DNA of 64,000 nt from Pristiophorus japonicus. Its lineage: Eukaryota. The DNA is taken from positions 3,224,001-3,288,000 of the forward strand of contig NW_027252668.1 of assembly GCF_044704955.1 (NCBI RefSeq). Direction: 5' to 3'. This document shows, piece after piece, positions 49,801 through 63,219 of this stretch. The position numbers and the translations under genes are program-made. Position 1 is the stretch's first letter. Every line of letters begins with the position of its first letter. Under the pieces are notes generated by a model. The model worked only from the letters and a program-made list of their open reading frames with translations. It did not search any database and was not told the DNA's origin.

Positions 49801-51782
49801 GGTCGGGTGTGTGTTGCAGCATGTTAATGCCAAGGGTCAGTTACAGCCAGTAGCTTATGCCTCCAGAAGTCTATCCCAGGCAGAAAGGGGCTACGGGTTG
49901 GTAGAAATGTGTATATGCAGTAAAAAAAATGCACCAGTACCTGTTTGGCAGGAAATTTGAGCTGGAGACAGATCACAAACCCCTTGCGTCCCTTTTGGCT
50001 GACAACAAGGCCATAAATGCAAATGCGTCGGCCCGCATACAGAGCTGGGCCCTCATGTTAGCCTCCTATGACTATACAATTCGGCACAGACCGGGCACTG
50101 AAAACTGCGGCAATGCACTCAGCAGGCTCCCACTAGCCACTACTGAGGGGACAACTGAGCATGATGCTGAGATGGTCATGGCTGTTGAAACTTTCGAAAG
50201 CGAAGGCTCACCTGTGACAGCCCGTCAGATTAAAGTCTGGACAAATAAAGACCTGTTACTGTCTTTAGTTAAGAAATGTATCCTGAATGGGGACTGGGCA
50301 GCCACATATGGGGCGTGCCCTGAGGAGTTTAAACCATTTCATAGGCGCAAGGATGAACTCTCGATTCAGGCCGATTGCCTACTGTGGGGAAACTGAGTAG
50401 TCATGCCCCAGATGGGCAGAGAGGTGTTTATCAGAGAACTTCACAATGAGCATCCGGGCATTGTCATGATGAAGGCAATTGCCAGTCACACGTTTGGTGG
50501 CCTGGAACTTTGTGTTCGCAGGTGCAACACGTGTGCCCAGCTTGGCAATGCGCCCCTTAGCCCCTGGTCCTGGCCCACCAAACCATGGTCACGCATCCAT
50601 GTGGACTACGCAGGTCACTTCATGGGAAAAATGTTTTTGGTTGTAGTAGACGCCTACTCCAAATGGATCGAGTGTGACATTCTCAATTCCAGCACATCCT
50701 CTGCCACGGTAGAAAGTCTAGGGGCAATGTTCGCTGCCCATGGTCTACCGGATGTCTTGGTCAGCGACAATGGCCTATGCTTTACAAGCATTGAGTTCCA
50801 GGACTTCATGGCAGGAAATGGTATCAACCATGTCAGAACGGCACAGTTCAAGCCGGCCTCAAACGGCCAGGCGGAACGAGCAGTGCAGATAATCAAACAG
50901 GGGATGCTCAGAATCCAAGGGGGTTCCCTACAAAGCCATTTATCACGCCTCCTGTTGGCCAATAGATCCCGACCACACTCGCTCACAGGGGTTCCACCCG
51001 CAGAGCTACTAATGAAAAGGACGCTCAAAACCAGATTATCCCTCATACACCCCACCATCAAAGAAATTGTTGAGAGCATGCGCCGGTCACAATGTGACTA
51101 CCATGACAGGAATGCGAGGGCGCGATGTATTGATGTCAATGACCCTGTCTTTGTCCTCAACTACGCTGCAGGGCCCAAATCGCTCGCAGGCACTGTGATT
51201 GCCAAAGAGGGGAATAGGATTCTGGTAGTTAAACTTACCAATGGACAAATCTGCCGCAAAAACGTGGATCAAACAAAAAGGAGGTTTAGCAACCCCATAG
51301 AAGAAGCAGAGGGAGAACACGATGTAGAATTCACTCCACCACAGGTGACCGAACACCGGAAGCAAGTGGAGGAGAGCCCAGTCACTGTGGGCAGTATGGA
51401 CAGGCCTGAGGCACCGCAAACAGCAGACACTCAGGCCAGCGCCCAACAACCGGAGCCTCAACTCAGGCGCTCTACAAGGGAGCATAAACCACCAGAGAGA
51501 CTTAACCTGTGATCCCAATAAGACTTTTAGGGGGGAGGTGATGTCATGTATTCAACTGTCATTGTAATTCATGTATAAACTGACCTAAGCTGTACACCGT
51601 GAGAACACTGACCACTAGGTGGTGAACTTGTGGGAGACACTCCTAACCTGGACTTTCAGGTATAAAAGGGGAAGCTCCACCCACCTTCGTCACTAGTGCT
51701 GGAATAAAGGTTACTGGTCAGAGTGACCTTCTCTCAAGTATGGGCCTCGTGTGCATTTGTACTGTATAGTAAGGGCATATGA
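46875..51782 (+). mobile_element. Gypsy/Ty3 LTR retrotransposon, both LTRs present, decayed gag-pol
   Basis: LTRs 46875-47119 and 51542-51782; PBS TGGCAACGAG (tRNA-Ser-like); PPT AGGGGGGAGG; TSD GAAAA/GAAAC; CCHC x2, protease LDTGA, RT FQDD, RNase H TDHKPL, integrase HVDYAG/SDNG/SNGQAER in PR-RT-RH-IN order. Confidence 0.95.
47328..47585 (-). mobile_element. Young CR1 3' end inserted in Gypsy gag
   Basis: ACATAGAAAATAGGTGCAGGAG tail; gag reading resumes after 47585. Confidence 0.9.
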
Positions 51783-53464
51783 GAAACCTCCTGCTGATTA
51801 CCACCTACCTCTCTCCATCAGCTGATGAATAAGTACTCCTCCATGTTGAACACCACTTGGAAGAAGCAGTGAGTAGCAAGGGCACAGAATGTACTCTGGG
51901 TGGGGGACTTCAATGTCCATCATCAAGAGTGGCACCACTACTGACCGAGCCCTGAAGGACATAGCTGTCAGACTGGGCCTGCAGCAGGTAGTGAGAGAAC
52001 CAACATGTGGGAAACACCTACTTGACCTCATCCTCACCAATCTACCTGTCATAGATGCATCTGGCCATGACAGCATTGGTAGCAGCAACCACCACACAGT
52101 CACTGTGGAGATGAAGTTCCGTCTTCACATGGAGGACACCATTCATTGTGTTGTGTGGCACTACCACCGTGCTAAATGGGATAGATTCAGAACTGATCTA
52201 GCAGCTCAAAACTGGGCATTCAGCCATCAGCAGCAGCAGAATTGTATTCCACCACAACCTGTAATCTCATGGCCCAGCGTATCCCTCACTCTACCATTAC
52301 TACCAAGCCTGGGAACCAACCCTGGTTCAATGAAGAACGTAGAAGATCAAGTCAGGAGCAGCACCAGGCATACCTGAAAATGAGGTGCCAACCTGGGGAA
52401 GCTGCAACACAGGACTACATGCATGCTAAACAGCGGAAACAGCATGCTATAGACAATGCTGCGGTGAGAGTGACTGCCCTCAAAATCAAGGCAGCGTTTG
52501 ACCAAGTGTGGCATGAAGGAGCCCTAGTAAAACTGAAGCCAATGGGAATCAGGGGGAAAACTTTCCACTGGCTGGAGTCATACCTAGCACAAAGGAAGAT
52601 GGTTGTGATGGTTGGAGGTCAATCATCACAGCCCCAGAACATCGCTGCAAGACTTCCTCAGAGCAGTGTCCTAGGCCCAACCATGTTCAGTTGCTTCATC
52701 AATGACCTTCCTTCCATCATAAGTGGGGATGTTCGCTGATGACTGCACAGTGTTCAGTTCCATTTGTAACTCCTCAGATAATGGAGCAGTCCATGCCCAC
52801 ATACAGCAAGGCCTGGACAACATTCAGGCTTGGACTGATAAGTAGCAAGTAACATTCGCGCCACACAAGTGTCAGACAATGACAATCTCCAACAAGCGAG
52901 AGTCTACCCACCACCCCTTAACATTCAATGGCATTACCATCACCAAATCCCCCACCGTAAACATCCTGGGGGTCACCATTGACCAGAAACTTAACTGGAC
53001 CAGCCACATAAATACTGTGGCAACAAGAGCAGGTCAGAGGCTGGGTATTCTGCGGCGAGTGTCTCACCTCCTGACTTCCCAAAGCCATTCCATGATCTAC
53101 AAGGCACAAGTCAGGAGTGTGATGGAATACTCTCCACTTGCCTGGATGAGTGCCGCTCTAACACTCAAGAAACTCAACACCATCCAGGGCAAAGCAGCTC
53201 GCATGATTGGCCCCCCATCCACCACCTTAAACATCCACTCCCTCCACTATTGCCCCCCTCCCATGTTATAAAATTCCCCGGACCCCCTGTAACACAACAC
53301 AAGTATTCAGTGGCTGTAAAACGTTTTGGGATTTCCTTAAGCCACAGAAGCAGCGATAAAAAACGCAATTCTTTCCATTTCAAATCACATTTGTTGTGAA
53401 ATAAATAGTTATTTGACGATTAAGTGCAGTAATAGTATTACCTGGATTTCCCTCTCTAACTGCA

Positions 53465-53912
53465 CTCGGAACAGGTGAACGGCCTCTCCTCGGTGTGACT
53501 GTGTGGATGAATTTCCAGCTCAGACGGGTAATAGAATCCCTTCCCACAGTCCCCACATTCCCACGGTTTCTCCATGGTGTGGGTGTCCTTGTGTCTCTCT
53601 AGGTTGGATGATCAGTTGAAGCCTCGTCCACACACAGAACACGTGTGCGGTTTCTCCCCGCTGTGAATGCTGCGATGTTGTGTCAGGCTGTGTAACTGAT
53701 TAAAGCGTTTTCCACAGGCAGTGCACTGGAACACTTTCACGTGCTTTTCCAGTCACACTGATGATTGGAATCTTTTCTCACAGACAGAACAGACAAACAT
53801 TTCTTTGGAAGACTTAAGATATTTAGGTCCTGATGAATCAAGTGATTCTGTCAGATCTTGACGTGATGTTTGGTTTGAGTTTCCCATCTGCAAATCCTCA
53901 CCTTCTAATATC
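53465..53912 (-). pseudogene. Truncated C2H2 ZNF paralogue
   Basis: Colinear with 62430-62880 (acceptor CTTTTACAG|[15 protein letters not shown] at 53575) but the finger array is lost after one finger. Confidence 0.85.
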
Positions 53913-54303
53913 CTGTAAAAGGAGTTTGGAAAACTTATCACGAAGTACAGGATAGGAATTGAGAACAGACAATTCTAGTTTCTATGGAACATTCTTTCTT
54001 CTCTTGTTGTCCCAAACATGTGGTCCAATCAAACTAAAAGAAGCCAAAATAAGCAACAACTTCCCAACAAATGCAAAGAGAACCTTCCCAACTAAACCAG
54101 AAAGTTGTTCCCAGTGTCCATTCTGCAGCCTGAGGTGCCAACGATCACAGAAGGTATCTAGTGTCCCGGTGGATACCGCATGCTCTCCAATCTTCCCTCT
54201 TTTGTTTTTGGTGCGAGGTACCTTTCGGAGGCTGTGCGGCCCATTCCGTTCCGCGCAGGTGCAATAGCTTCCGTTAAAGAAGCTGGTCCCGATCTACGCA
54301 AGA

Positions 54304-54603
54304 CCGGCAGAGAGCTGTGCAGTCACATGGCCGGCAGAGCGCTGTGCAGTCACATGGCCGGCAGAGAGCTGTGCAGTCACATGGCCGGCAGAGCACTGTG
54401 CAGCCACATGACCGGCAGAGCACTGCGCAGTCACATGGCCGGCAGAGAGCTGTGCAGTCACATGGCCGGCAGAGCACTGTGCAGTCACATGGCCGGCAGA
54501 GCACTGTGCAGTCACATGGCCGGCAGAGTGCTGCGCAGTCACATGACCGGCAGGGCGCTGCGCAGTCACATGACCAGCAGGGCGCTGCGTAGTCACATGA
54601 CCA
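54304..54603. repeat. 27-bp minisatellite (CCGGCAGAGAGCTGTGCAGTCACATGG), ~11 units
   Basis: Tandem periodicity; GTCACATG in nearly every unit. Confidence 0.95.
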
Positions 54604-54667
54604 CACAGTTTATAGCAAATGTTAATGCTCCCTCTCCAGAGCCATCTGGGCACAGATTAGATTGCAA

Positions 54668-55820
54668 AACAACTTATAATAATATCGTGTCTTTAAGATA
54701 GTAAAATGTCCCAAGGCGCATCACAGGAGCGTTATCACACAAAATCTGATATTTGGGCCAATGACCAAAAGGTTTACCAAGGAGGGAGGGCGATTTTGGG
54801 AGGGAATTCCAGAGCTTAGGGTCTCGGCAGCTGAAGACACAGCAGCTAATGAAGGATTAAAATCAGTGGTACTTAAGAGGCCAGAGAGGGGCGAGGCCAA
54901 GGAGGGATTTGAAAACCAGGATGAGAATTTTAAAATTGAGACATTGCTTAACCGGGAGCCAATGTAGGTCAGTGAGCACAGGGGTGATGGGTGAGTGGGA
55001 CTTGGTGCGAGTTAGGATACAGCCATTTGGATGAGCTTAAGTTTATGGCAAGTGGAAGATGGGAGGCTGGCCAGGAATGCATTGGAATAGACAAGTCTCG
55101 AAGCAACAAAGACATGGATGAGGGCTTCAGCAGCAAATGAGCTGAGGCGGGGGAGGAGTGGGCGATGTTACGGAGGTGGAAATAGGTGGTTTTAATGATG
55201 GTTTTTGTATATGGTCAGAAGCTCATCGTGGAATCACATATCATGCCTTGGTTGCAATCAGTCTGGTTCAGCCTCAGATAGTTTGCAGGGAGACGGATGG
55301 ATTTGGTGGCCAGGAACAGAATTTGTGGCGGGGACCAAAGACAATGGCTTCGGTCTTTCCAATATTCAGTTGGAGGAAATGTCTGCTCAACCAGTACTGG
55401 AAGTCAGATAAAGATTCTGACAATTTAGAGACTGTGGACGGGTGGAGAGAGGTGGTGGTGAGGCAGAGCTGAGTGTTGTGAGCGTACATGTGGAAACTGA
55501 TGCTGTGTTTTCAGATATCGCCGAGGGGCAGCATATAGATGAGAAATGGATAGATCCTTGGGGAACACCAGAGCTAACAATGCGGGAGGGGGAAGAGAAG
55601 CCATTGCAGGAAATTCTCTGGCAACAATTAGATAAGAATGGAACTAGGCGAGTGCAGTCCCACCCAGCTGGACGACAGGGGAGAGGTGTTGGAGGAAGAT
55701 GGTTTGATCAACCGTGTCTGTTTCGGTACTGTGGCAGGGGTGGAAAGCTGATAGAGGGAGTCAAACATGAGCACGGATTTGGGAGGCGACAACACGTTCA
55801 AGGACTGTGGAAAGAAAAGG
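54668..55820 (-). mobile_element. L2-clade LINE fragment
   Basis: LSDFQYWLSRHFLQLNIGKTEAIVFGP; 3' end GTCCCAAGGCGCATCACAGG on plus. Confidence 0.75.
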
Positions 55821-56029
55821 TATTACATTCATATCCTCACCAAAAGACTCAGACCAAGGGATGAAATAAGAAGCACACTATAAAAATGTTCAGGTTGCTC
55901 ACTGTCCTTCTGGATCTGTATCCAGGGAGAACTGATGCATTTCTCGTAACTTGGGGTTAAATGTTCTCATCGAGGTGATGGATGTCAGTGCAGGGGAATG
56001 GGTAATTCTGAGCATCTAGTGCCTGACTG

Positions 56030-56336
56030 AAGCACTCTCCAGTCAGGTACAGCATGGGTTAGATACAGAGTAAAGCTCTCTCTATACTGTCCCATCAAAC
56101 ACTCCCAGGGCAGGTACAGCATGTGTTAGATACAGAGTAAAGCTCTCTCTACACTGTCCCATCAAACACTCCCAGGGCAGGTACAGCATGTGTTAGATAC
56201 AGAGTAAAGCTCTCTCTACACTGTCCCATCAAACACTCCCAGGGCAGGTACAGCTCAGGGTTAGATGGAGAGTAAAGCTCCCTCTACACTGTCCCATTAT
56301 ACACTCCCAGGGCAGGTACAGCATGGGGTTAGATAC
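56030..56336. repeat. ~66-bp tandem repeat (reverse orientation), ~4.5 units
   Basis: TTAGATACAGAGTAAAGCTCTCTCTACACTGTCCCATCAAACACTCCCAGGGCAGGTACAGCATG. Confidence 0.9.
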
Positions 56337-58280
56337 AACAACTTGTACGTATATAGCACCTTTAACTTGGTAAAAGTTCCCAAGGCGTTTCACAGGAGTG
56401 TTATGAGAAAAAAATTGACACCGTCACATAAGGAGAAATTAGAGCAGGTGCCCAAAAGCTTGGTCAAAGAGGTAGGTTTTAAGGAGCGCCTTATATCAGG
56501 AAAAAGAGGTAGCGAGGCAGAGAGGTTTAGGGAGGCAATTCCAGAGCATAGGGCCGAGACAACAGAAGGCACGGCCACCCAATGAATTGAGATGAAGTCA
56601 GTGGCTACGGAACGGACTTTGTGGCAGGGACTGGAAACAATGGCTTTGGTCGTCCCAATAGTTAAGTGGAGAAATTTTCTGCTCATCCAGAACTGGATGT
56701 CGGACAAGCAGTCTGACAAATTAGAGACCGTGGAGGGGTCGAGAGAAGTGGTGCTGAGGTAGAGCTGGATGTCAGCGGTGAACATGTGGAAACTGACTCC
56801 GTGTTTTCGGATGATGTCGCCAAGGGGCAACATGCAGATGAGAAATAGGAGGGGGCCAAGGATAGATTCTTGGGGGACACCAGACGTAATGATGTGGGAG
56901 TGGGAAGAGAAGCCATTGCAGGAGATTTGCTGGCTACTATTAGATGGATAAGAATGGAACCAGGCGACTACAGTCCCACGCAGCTGGACAATGGTGGAGA
57001 GGCGTTGGTGTAGGATTCAGTGGCCATTTGTGTCAAAGGCTGCAGACAAGTCAAGAAGGACGAGGAGGAATAGTTTGCCTTTGTCACAGTCACAAGGGAT
57101 GTCATTTGTGACTTTGATGAGAACCGTTTCGGTACTATGGCAAGGGCAGAAACCTGATCGGAGGGATTCAAACAAGGAGTTGCTGGAAAGATGGGTACAG
57201 ATTTGGGAGGAGACAATACATTCAAGGACTTGAGAGGAAAGGGAGGTTGGAGATGTGGCGGCAGTTTGCAAGCAAAGTGGGGTCGAGTTGTATTTTTGAG
57301 CATAGGGGTGATGACGGCAGATTTGAGGGAGAAGGGGACAGTACCTGAGGAGAGGTCAGCTAACAGGGGAGCCAGAAAAGGAAATTGGGTGGTCAGCAGT
57401 TTAGTGGAAATAGGGCCAAGGGAGCAGGAAGTGGGTCTCATGGACAAGGTGAGCACAGAGAGGTCATGAGGAGAGAGCGGAGAGAAACTGGAGAAAGATG
57501 CGAGTTCAGGACTAGGGAGCCTCAGAGGAAGTTTGGCCCAGTGGGCTAGGGGAAGGAAGGGAAGAGACAGAGTCGGCTGAATGGATGGTCTCAATATTTG
57601 AGACAAACAAGTCCATGAGCTCCTCATATTTGTTGTCGGAGGCGAGGGTGGAGGAGACAGGGGAGAGGGATTTCAGAAAATTATTAGCAGTGGAGAATAA
57701 AAGTCGGGGTTTATCTTTGCATTCCAGAATAACTCTGGTATAGTGTACAATTTTGACAGAGGAGAGCAGGACCCGATAATGCTTTATGTGGTCCAGCAAG
57801 ATCTGGCGGTGAATGGCTAAAGCAGATTTGCCCCATATCCGTTCAAGTCTGTGTCCCTTGGACTTGAGGGAGCAAAGATGGGCCCGTACCAGGGGAAAGG
57901 TCAATATGAGAGAGAGTAAGTGTTTTACTAGAGACTAGGGCATCAAAGGTGGTAAAGTGAGGGTGTGGTTGAGCAGGTCGGTGGCTGCAGAAATGTCATG
58001 GGGAATGAAGGCCAAAGGTTGGACAGTTGGGACTTCATAAGTGCAGTTGTAAGAAAGTTGGGAGAGTTCTTTTCCAGAGGCGGACAGAAATGGAAGTAGA
58101 GTTGCGGGGGAGGGAGGGGGATGTGGGTGGAGAGCAATGAGGAAGTGGTCAGAGGTGGCCTTATCTGCAACTGACACGGTGGGAGTAGCAAGGCCACGAG
58201 AGATGGCAAGGTCAAGGGGGTGGCCGTGAATATGGGTTGGGGAGTTTACATGGAGGGAGAGATTAAGGGAGGACAGGAGG
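56336..58280 (-). mobile_element. L2-clade LINE, decayed
   Basis: HSTETVLIKVTNDI, LLDLSAAFDT, MLPLGDIIRKHGVSFH, SDHFLI. Confidence 0.88.
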
Positions 58281-61200
58281 CTAACCAGATTATGTCAGGA
58301 AGGGACAGAGCATACAAACAAAAAAGTGCACTGACAAATTGGGTCCAGGTAAGGAAAAATAGTGATAATACAATAGGGCTATAGTACAAAATAATGTTAA
58401 GATGTCAAATAATATTAAAAAGACAAATTTAAAAGCATTGAATCTGAATGCACGAAGCATCTGTAATAAGGTAGATGAATTATCAGCACAAATAGATGTA
58501 AACGGATACGATATAGTTGCAATTATGGAGACATGGTTGCAGGGTGACCAGGGTTGGGAACAGAATATCCAAGGTTATTCGATATTTAGGAAGGACAGGC
58601 AAAAAGGAAGAGGGGGTGGTGTGGTGTTGTTAGTAAAGGATGAAATCAGAGCAAAAGTGAGAAAGGAGATTGGCTCAGAAAATCAAGATGTAGAATCAGT
58701 CTGGTTGGAGCTAAGGAGCACCAAGGGGCAGAAAACATTGGTGGGAGTTATCTATAGGCTTCCAAACAGTAGTGATAGTGTAGGGGACGGTATCAAACAG
58801 GAAATTAGAGCTGCATGTAGCAAGGGTACTGTAGTAATTGTAGGTGACTTTAACCTACATATAGACTGGCCAAACCAAATTAGTAATAATACTGTGAAAG
58901 ATGAATTCCTGGAGTGTGTATGAGATGTTTTTTTTTTAGTATGTTGAGGAGCCTACTAGGCAACAGGCTATCCTAGATTGGGTGTTGTGTAATGAGAAGG
59001 GGTTAATTAACAGTCTTGTTGTGCGGGGTCTTTTAGGGAAAAGTGACCATAACATGATTGAATTCTTTCTTATGATGGAAAGTGAAATAGTCCAATCCGA
59101 AACTAGGGTCCTAAATCTAAGCAAAGCAAACTACGAAGGTATGAGGAATGAATTGGCTGCGATAGATTGGGAAGATTCATTAAAAGGCATGACGGTGGAT
59201 AGGCAATGGCTAATATTTAAGAAACGAAAAATGTATGAATTGCAAAAGTTATACATTCCTTTCTGGCATAAAAACACAAAAGGAAAAGTGGACCAACCAT
59301 GGCTAACAAAAGGAATTAAGGATAGTATCAGATCTAAAGAGGAGTTATACAAAGTTGCCAGAAAAAGTAGCAAGCCTGAGGATTGGGAGTAGTTTAGAGT
59401 TCAGCAAAAAAGGACCAAGAGATTGATTAAGAAGGGAAAAATAGAGTATGAGAGTAAACTTGCAAGGAACATAAAAACAACTGCAAAAGTTTCAAGTACG
59501 TAAAAAGAAAAAGATTAGTGAAGATAAATGTAGGTCTTTTACAGACAGAAACGGGAGAATTTGTAATGGGGAACAAGAAAATGGCAAAACAATTACATAT
59601 ATACTTCGGTTCTGTCTTCATGGAAGAGGACACAAATAACATCCAGAAATGCTAGGGAATCAAGGGTCTAGTGAGCAAGAGGAATTAAAGGAAATGATTA
59701 TTAAGAAGATAGTGCTGGAGAAATTAATGGGACTGAAGGCCGATAAATCCCCAGGGCCTGATGATCTGCATCCCAGAGTACTAAAAGAGGTAGCCATGCA
59801 AATAGTGGATGCATTGGTTGTCATCTTTCAAAATTCTACAGATTATGGAACAGTTCCTGCAGATTGGAGGGTGGCAAATGTAACCCTACTATTTAAAAAA
59901 GGAGGGAGAGAGAAAACGGTTAGCCTCACATCAGTAATAGGGAAAATGCTAGAGTCTATTATAAAGGATGTGATATCAGCACACTTAGATAATATCAACA
60001 GGATTAGACAAAGTCACCATGGATTTATGAAAGGAAAATCATGTTTGACAAACCTACTGGAGTTTTTTGAGGATTTAACTGATAGAATAGATAAGGGAGA
60101 ACCAGTGGATGTAGTGTATTTGGATTTTCAGAAGACCTCTGATAAAGTCCCACATAAGAGGTTAGTGTGCAAAATTAATGCATAGGATTAGGGGCAATGC
60201 ATTGGCATGGATTGAAAATTGGTTAACTGACACGAAACAGAGATTATGAATAAACGGGTCTTTTTCGGGGTGGCGGGCAGTGACTAGTGGGGTACCACAG
60301 GGATCAGTGTTTGGGCCCCAGCTGTTCACAATATATATAAATAATTTGGATAAAGGAACAAAATGTATTATTTCCAAGTTTGCTGCCGACACAAAACTAG
60401 CTGGGATTGTGAGTTGTAAGGAGGATGCAAAGACGCTGCAAGGCGATTTAGATGGTTGAGTGAGTGGGCGAACACATGGCAGATGCAGTATAACATGGAT
60501 AAATGTGAAGTTATCCACTTTGGTAGGAAAAACATAAGGATAAAATATTTAAATGATGATGGCTTGGGAAGTGTCAATGTACAGAGGGACCTGGGTGTCC
60601 TTAATACACCAGTCATTGAAAGCAAACAAACAGATGCAGCAAGCAGTTAGGAAGGCAAATGGTATGTTGCCCTTCATTGCAAGAGGATTTGAGTACAGGA
60701 ACAAGGATGTCTTACTAGTTATACAGGGCCTTGGTGAGACTGCACCTGGAGTATTGTGTGCAGTTTTGGTCTCCTTACCCAAGAAAGGATATACTTGCCA
60801 TAGAGGGAGTGCAGCGAAGGTTCACCAAACTGATTCCTGGGATGGCAGGACTGTCATATGAGGAGAGACTAGCCCTGTATTCACTAGAGTTTAGAATGAG
60901 AGGGGATCTCATTGAAACATATAAAATTCTGATGGGGTTGGAAAGACTAGATATGGTGAGGATGTTTCCCCTGGCTGGGAAGTCTAGAACAAGGGGTCAC
61001 AGTCTCAGGATACGGGGTAGAAAATTTAGGACTGAGATGAGGAGAAACTTTTTCACTCACTCAGAGGGTGGTGAACCTGTGGAATTCTTTACTACAGAAG
61101 GCTGTGGAGGCCAAGTCACTGAATATATTTAAGAAGGAGATTGCTAGATTTCTAGCAACAAAGGGCATCAAGGGGTATGGGGAAAAAGCAGGAATATGGT

Positions 61201-61296
61201 GTTGAGATAGAGAATCAGCAAGGATCATATTGAATGGTGGTGCAGACTCGAAGGGCCAAATGGCCTGCTACTGCTCCTATTTTCTATGTTTCTATG
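58281..61296 (+). mobile_element. CR1 LINE with near-complete disabled ORF2
   Basis: LNARSICNK, METW, GDFN, SDH, RT motifs; TTTCTATGTTTCTATG tail. Confidence 0.92.
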
Positions 61297-61773
61297 AGGG
61301 GATTGCTGTACCAGATGGGAGGGGCAAAATTTGGAGACACTGATTCGCCACCAATTTCCATTCCCCTTCTTTCTGGTGGATAATGGAGAGGCCACTATGT
61401 GTAATGTGCAAGTCAGCAAGAATTGTCAGCAAGCTCTTTGTAATTGGAGATTTTATTCAGTGGAAACTTTGATACTGTATTGCAGATTTTGTACCAAAGA
61501 TCAATTTAGGATTGAAGTAAAAGTTCATAATTTTATTGCAAACTAATTTCTGTTGAGAATCCCTGAATTAAAGGAAAAGATCACAGACAGCGGTTCTTAA
61601 AGGGACACTGCAGCCCCAAGAACACAATCAGCAATATATCCAGAATATTCAACTCCAGCCCAGTTACAGGGATTAGTAACACCAACAGAAACAAACCTCA
61701 ACTGTCAGAATGAACACGATTTAGTCAGAATGTGATTAACAGCAGCAATAACAGCAGAATCCAAACCCTGCAG

Positions 61774-62532
61774 TCACTTGTGAACTTGCTGGTGTTTCAG
61801 CAGGTGGGATGGCTGAGTGAATCCCTTCCCACACTCAGAGCAGGTGAACGGTCTCTTCCCAGTGTGAACTCGCTGGTGAGTTACAACGTGGGATAAATAA
61901 GTGAATTCCTTCCCACACACAGAGCAGGTAAATGGCCTCTCTCCGCTGTGAACTTGCTGATGTCTCAGCAGGTTGGATGACCGAGTGAATCCCTTCCCAC
62001 ATGTGGAGCAGGTGAACGGCTTCTCCACAGTGTGAATTCGCTGATGTGTCAGCAGGATGGATGACTGAGTGAATCCCTTCCCACATACAGAGCAGGCGAA
62101 CGGCCTCTCCCCAGTGTGAACTCGCTGGTGTAACAGCAGGCTGGATAATCGAATGAATCCCTTTCCACACACACAGCAGGTAAATGGCCTCTCCCCGGTG
62201 TGAATTCGCTGATGTGTCAGCAGGATGGATGGCCGAGTGAATCCCTTCCCGCACTCGGAGCAGGTGAACGGCCTCTCCCCAGTGTGAACTCGCTGGTGAG
62301 TTACAAGGTGGGATGAACAAGTGAATCCCACCCCACACTCAGAGCAGGTGAATAGCCCCTCCCCAGTGTGAACTCGCTGGTGTCTCAGCAGGTTGGATGA
62401 CCCAGTGAATCCCTTCCCACGCTCGGAGCAGGTGAACGGCCTCTCCCCGGTGTGAGTGCGACGATGAATTTCCAGCCGTGATGGGATAATGAATCTCTTC
62501 CCGCAGTCACCACATTTCCACGGTTTCTCCAT
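61774..62532 (-). CDS. C2H2 zinc-finger protein, 9 fingers (252 aa)
   Basis: [14 protein letters not shown]...HQQVHK; ACCATGG Kozak; finger 2 has C>R; acceptor CTTTTACAG|G near 62880. Confidence 0.85.
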   Translation of the reverse strand: MEKPWKCGDCGKRFIIPSRLEIHRRTHTGERPFTCSERGKGFTGSSNLLRHQRVHTGEGLFTCSECGVGFTCSSHLVTHQRVHTGERPFTCSECGKGFTRPSILLTHQRIHTGERPFTCCVCGKGFIRLSSLLLHQRVHTGERPFACSVCGKGFTQSSILLTHQRIHTVEKPFTCSTCGKGFTRSSNLLRHQQVHSGERPFTCSVCGKEFTYLSHVVTHQRVHTGKRPFTCSECGKGFTQPSHLLKHQQVHK

Positions 62533-63084
62533 GGTGCGGGTGTCCTTGTGTCTCTCCAGGTTGGACGATCAGTTGAAGCCTCGTCCACACACAGAACACG
62601 TGTACAGTTTCTCCCCGTTGTGAATGCTGCGACGTTTTGTCAGTCTGTGTAACTAGTTAAAGCTCTTTCACAGTCAGTGCACTGGAACACTCTCACTCGG
62701 GTGTGTGCGTGTCTCGATGCTTCCCCAATCACACTGATGTTTGAAATCTGTTCCCACAGATAGAACAGGCAAACAATTATCCTTTCACATTCAACGGCCG
62801 ATGAATCAAGTGACACCGTCAGATCTTGATGTGATGTTTAGTTTGAGTTTCCTGTCTGCAAATCACCCCTTCTGATACCCTGTAAAAGGAGTTTTCAAAA
62901 CTCATCACTAAGTACAGGACAGAAATTCGGAATAGGCATATGGAGTTTCCATGGAACATTCTTTCCTCTTCCAAAACTGTAAATCCCAGTCCCATAAAAT
63001 CTCCCTCCTCCCTGTGCTGAAATCCAAGCACATCGCACATCTCGAGACTAGCTTCTCCTCCAATCCCAGTTGTCACCAACAATT

Positions 63085-63215
63085 CTGAGTGGGTTCAGTT
63101 CTACACTCACTGGTTCCCCTCCCTTGCCTCCCCTGAAGGTGCTGACTCTGGGCTGGGTTCAGTTCCACACTCACTGGTTCCCTCCCCTGATGGTGCTGAC
63201 TCTGGCTGGTTTAAG
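63085..63215. repeat. Short ~55-65-bp repeat, 2-3 units
   Basis: GGGTTCAGTTC.ACACTCACTGGTTCCCCTCCC...GGTGCTGACTCTGG. Confidence 0.65.
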
Positions 63216-63219
63216 TTCG

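Larger units (their letters stand above)
46490..53250 (+). mobile_element. Decayed APE-type LINE (CR1/L2 group) hosting the Gypsy element
   Basis: EN motifs before 46875 and after 51783 (GDFNVHH, LLDLILTN), RT motifs (KAAFDQVWH, SVLGP, FADD, YKAQVRSVMEY). Confidence 0.75.

Noticed and set aside
54180-54701. Cys-rich and other ORFs over the 27-bp repeat
   Set aside because: Minisatellite artefacts.
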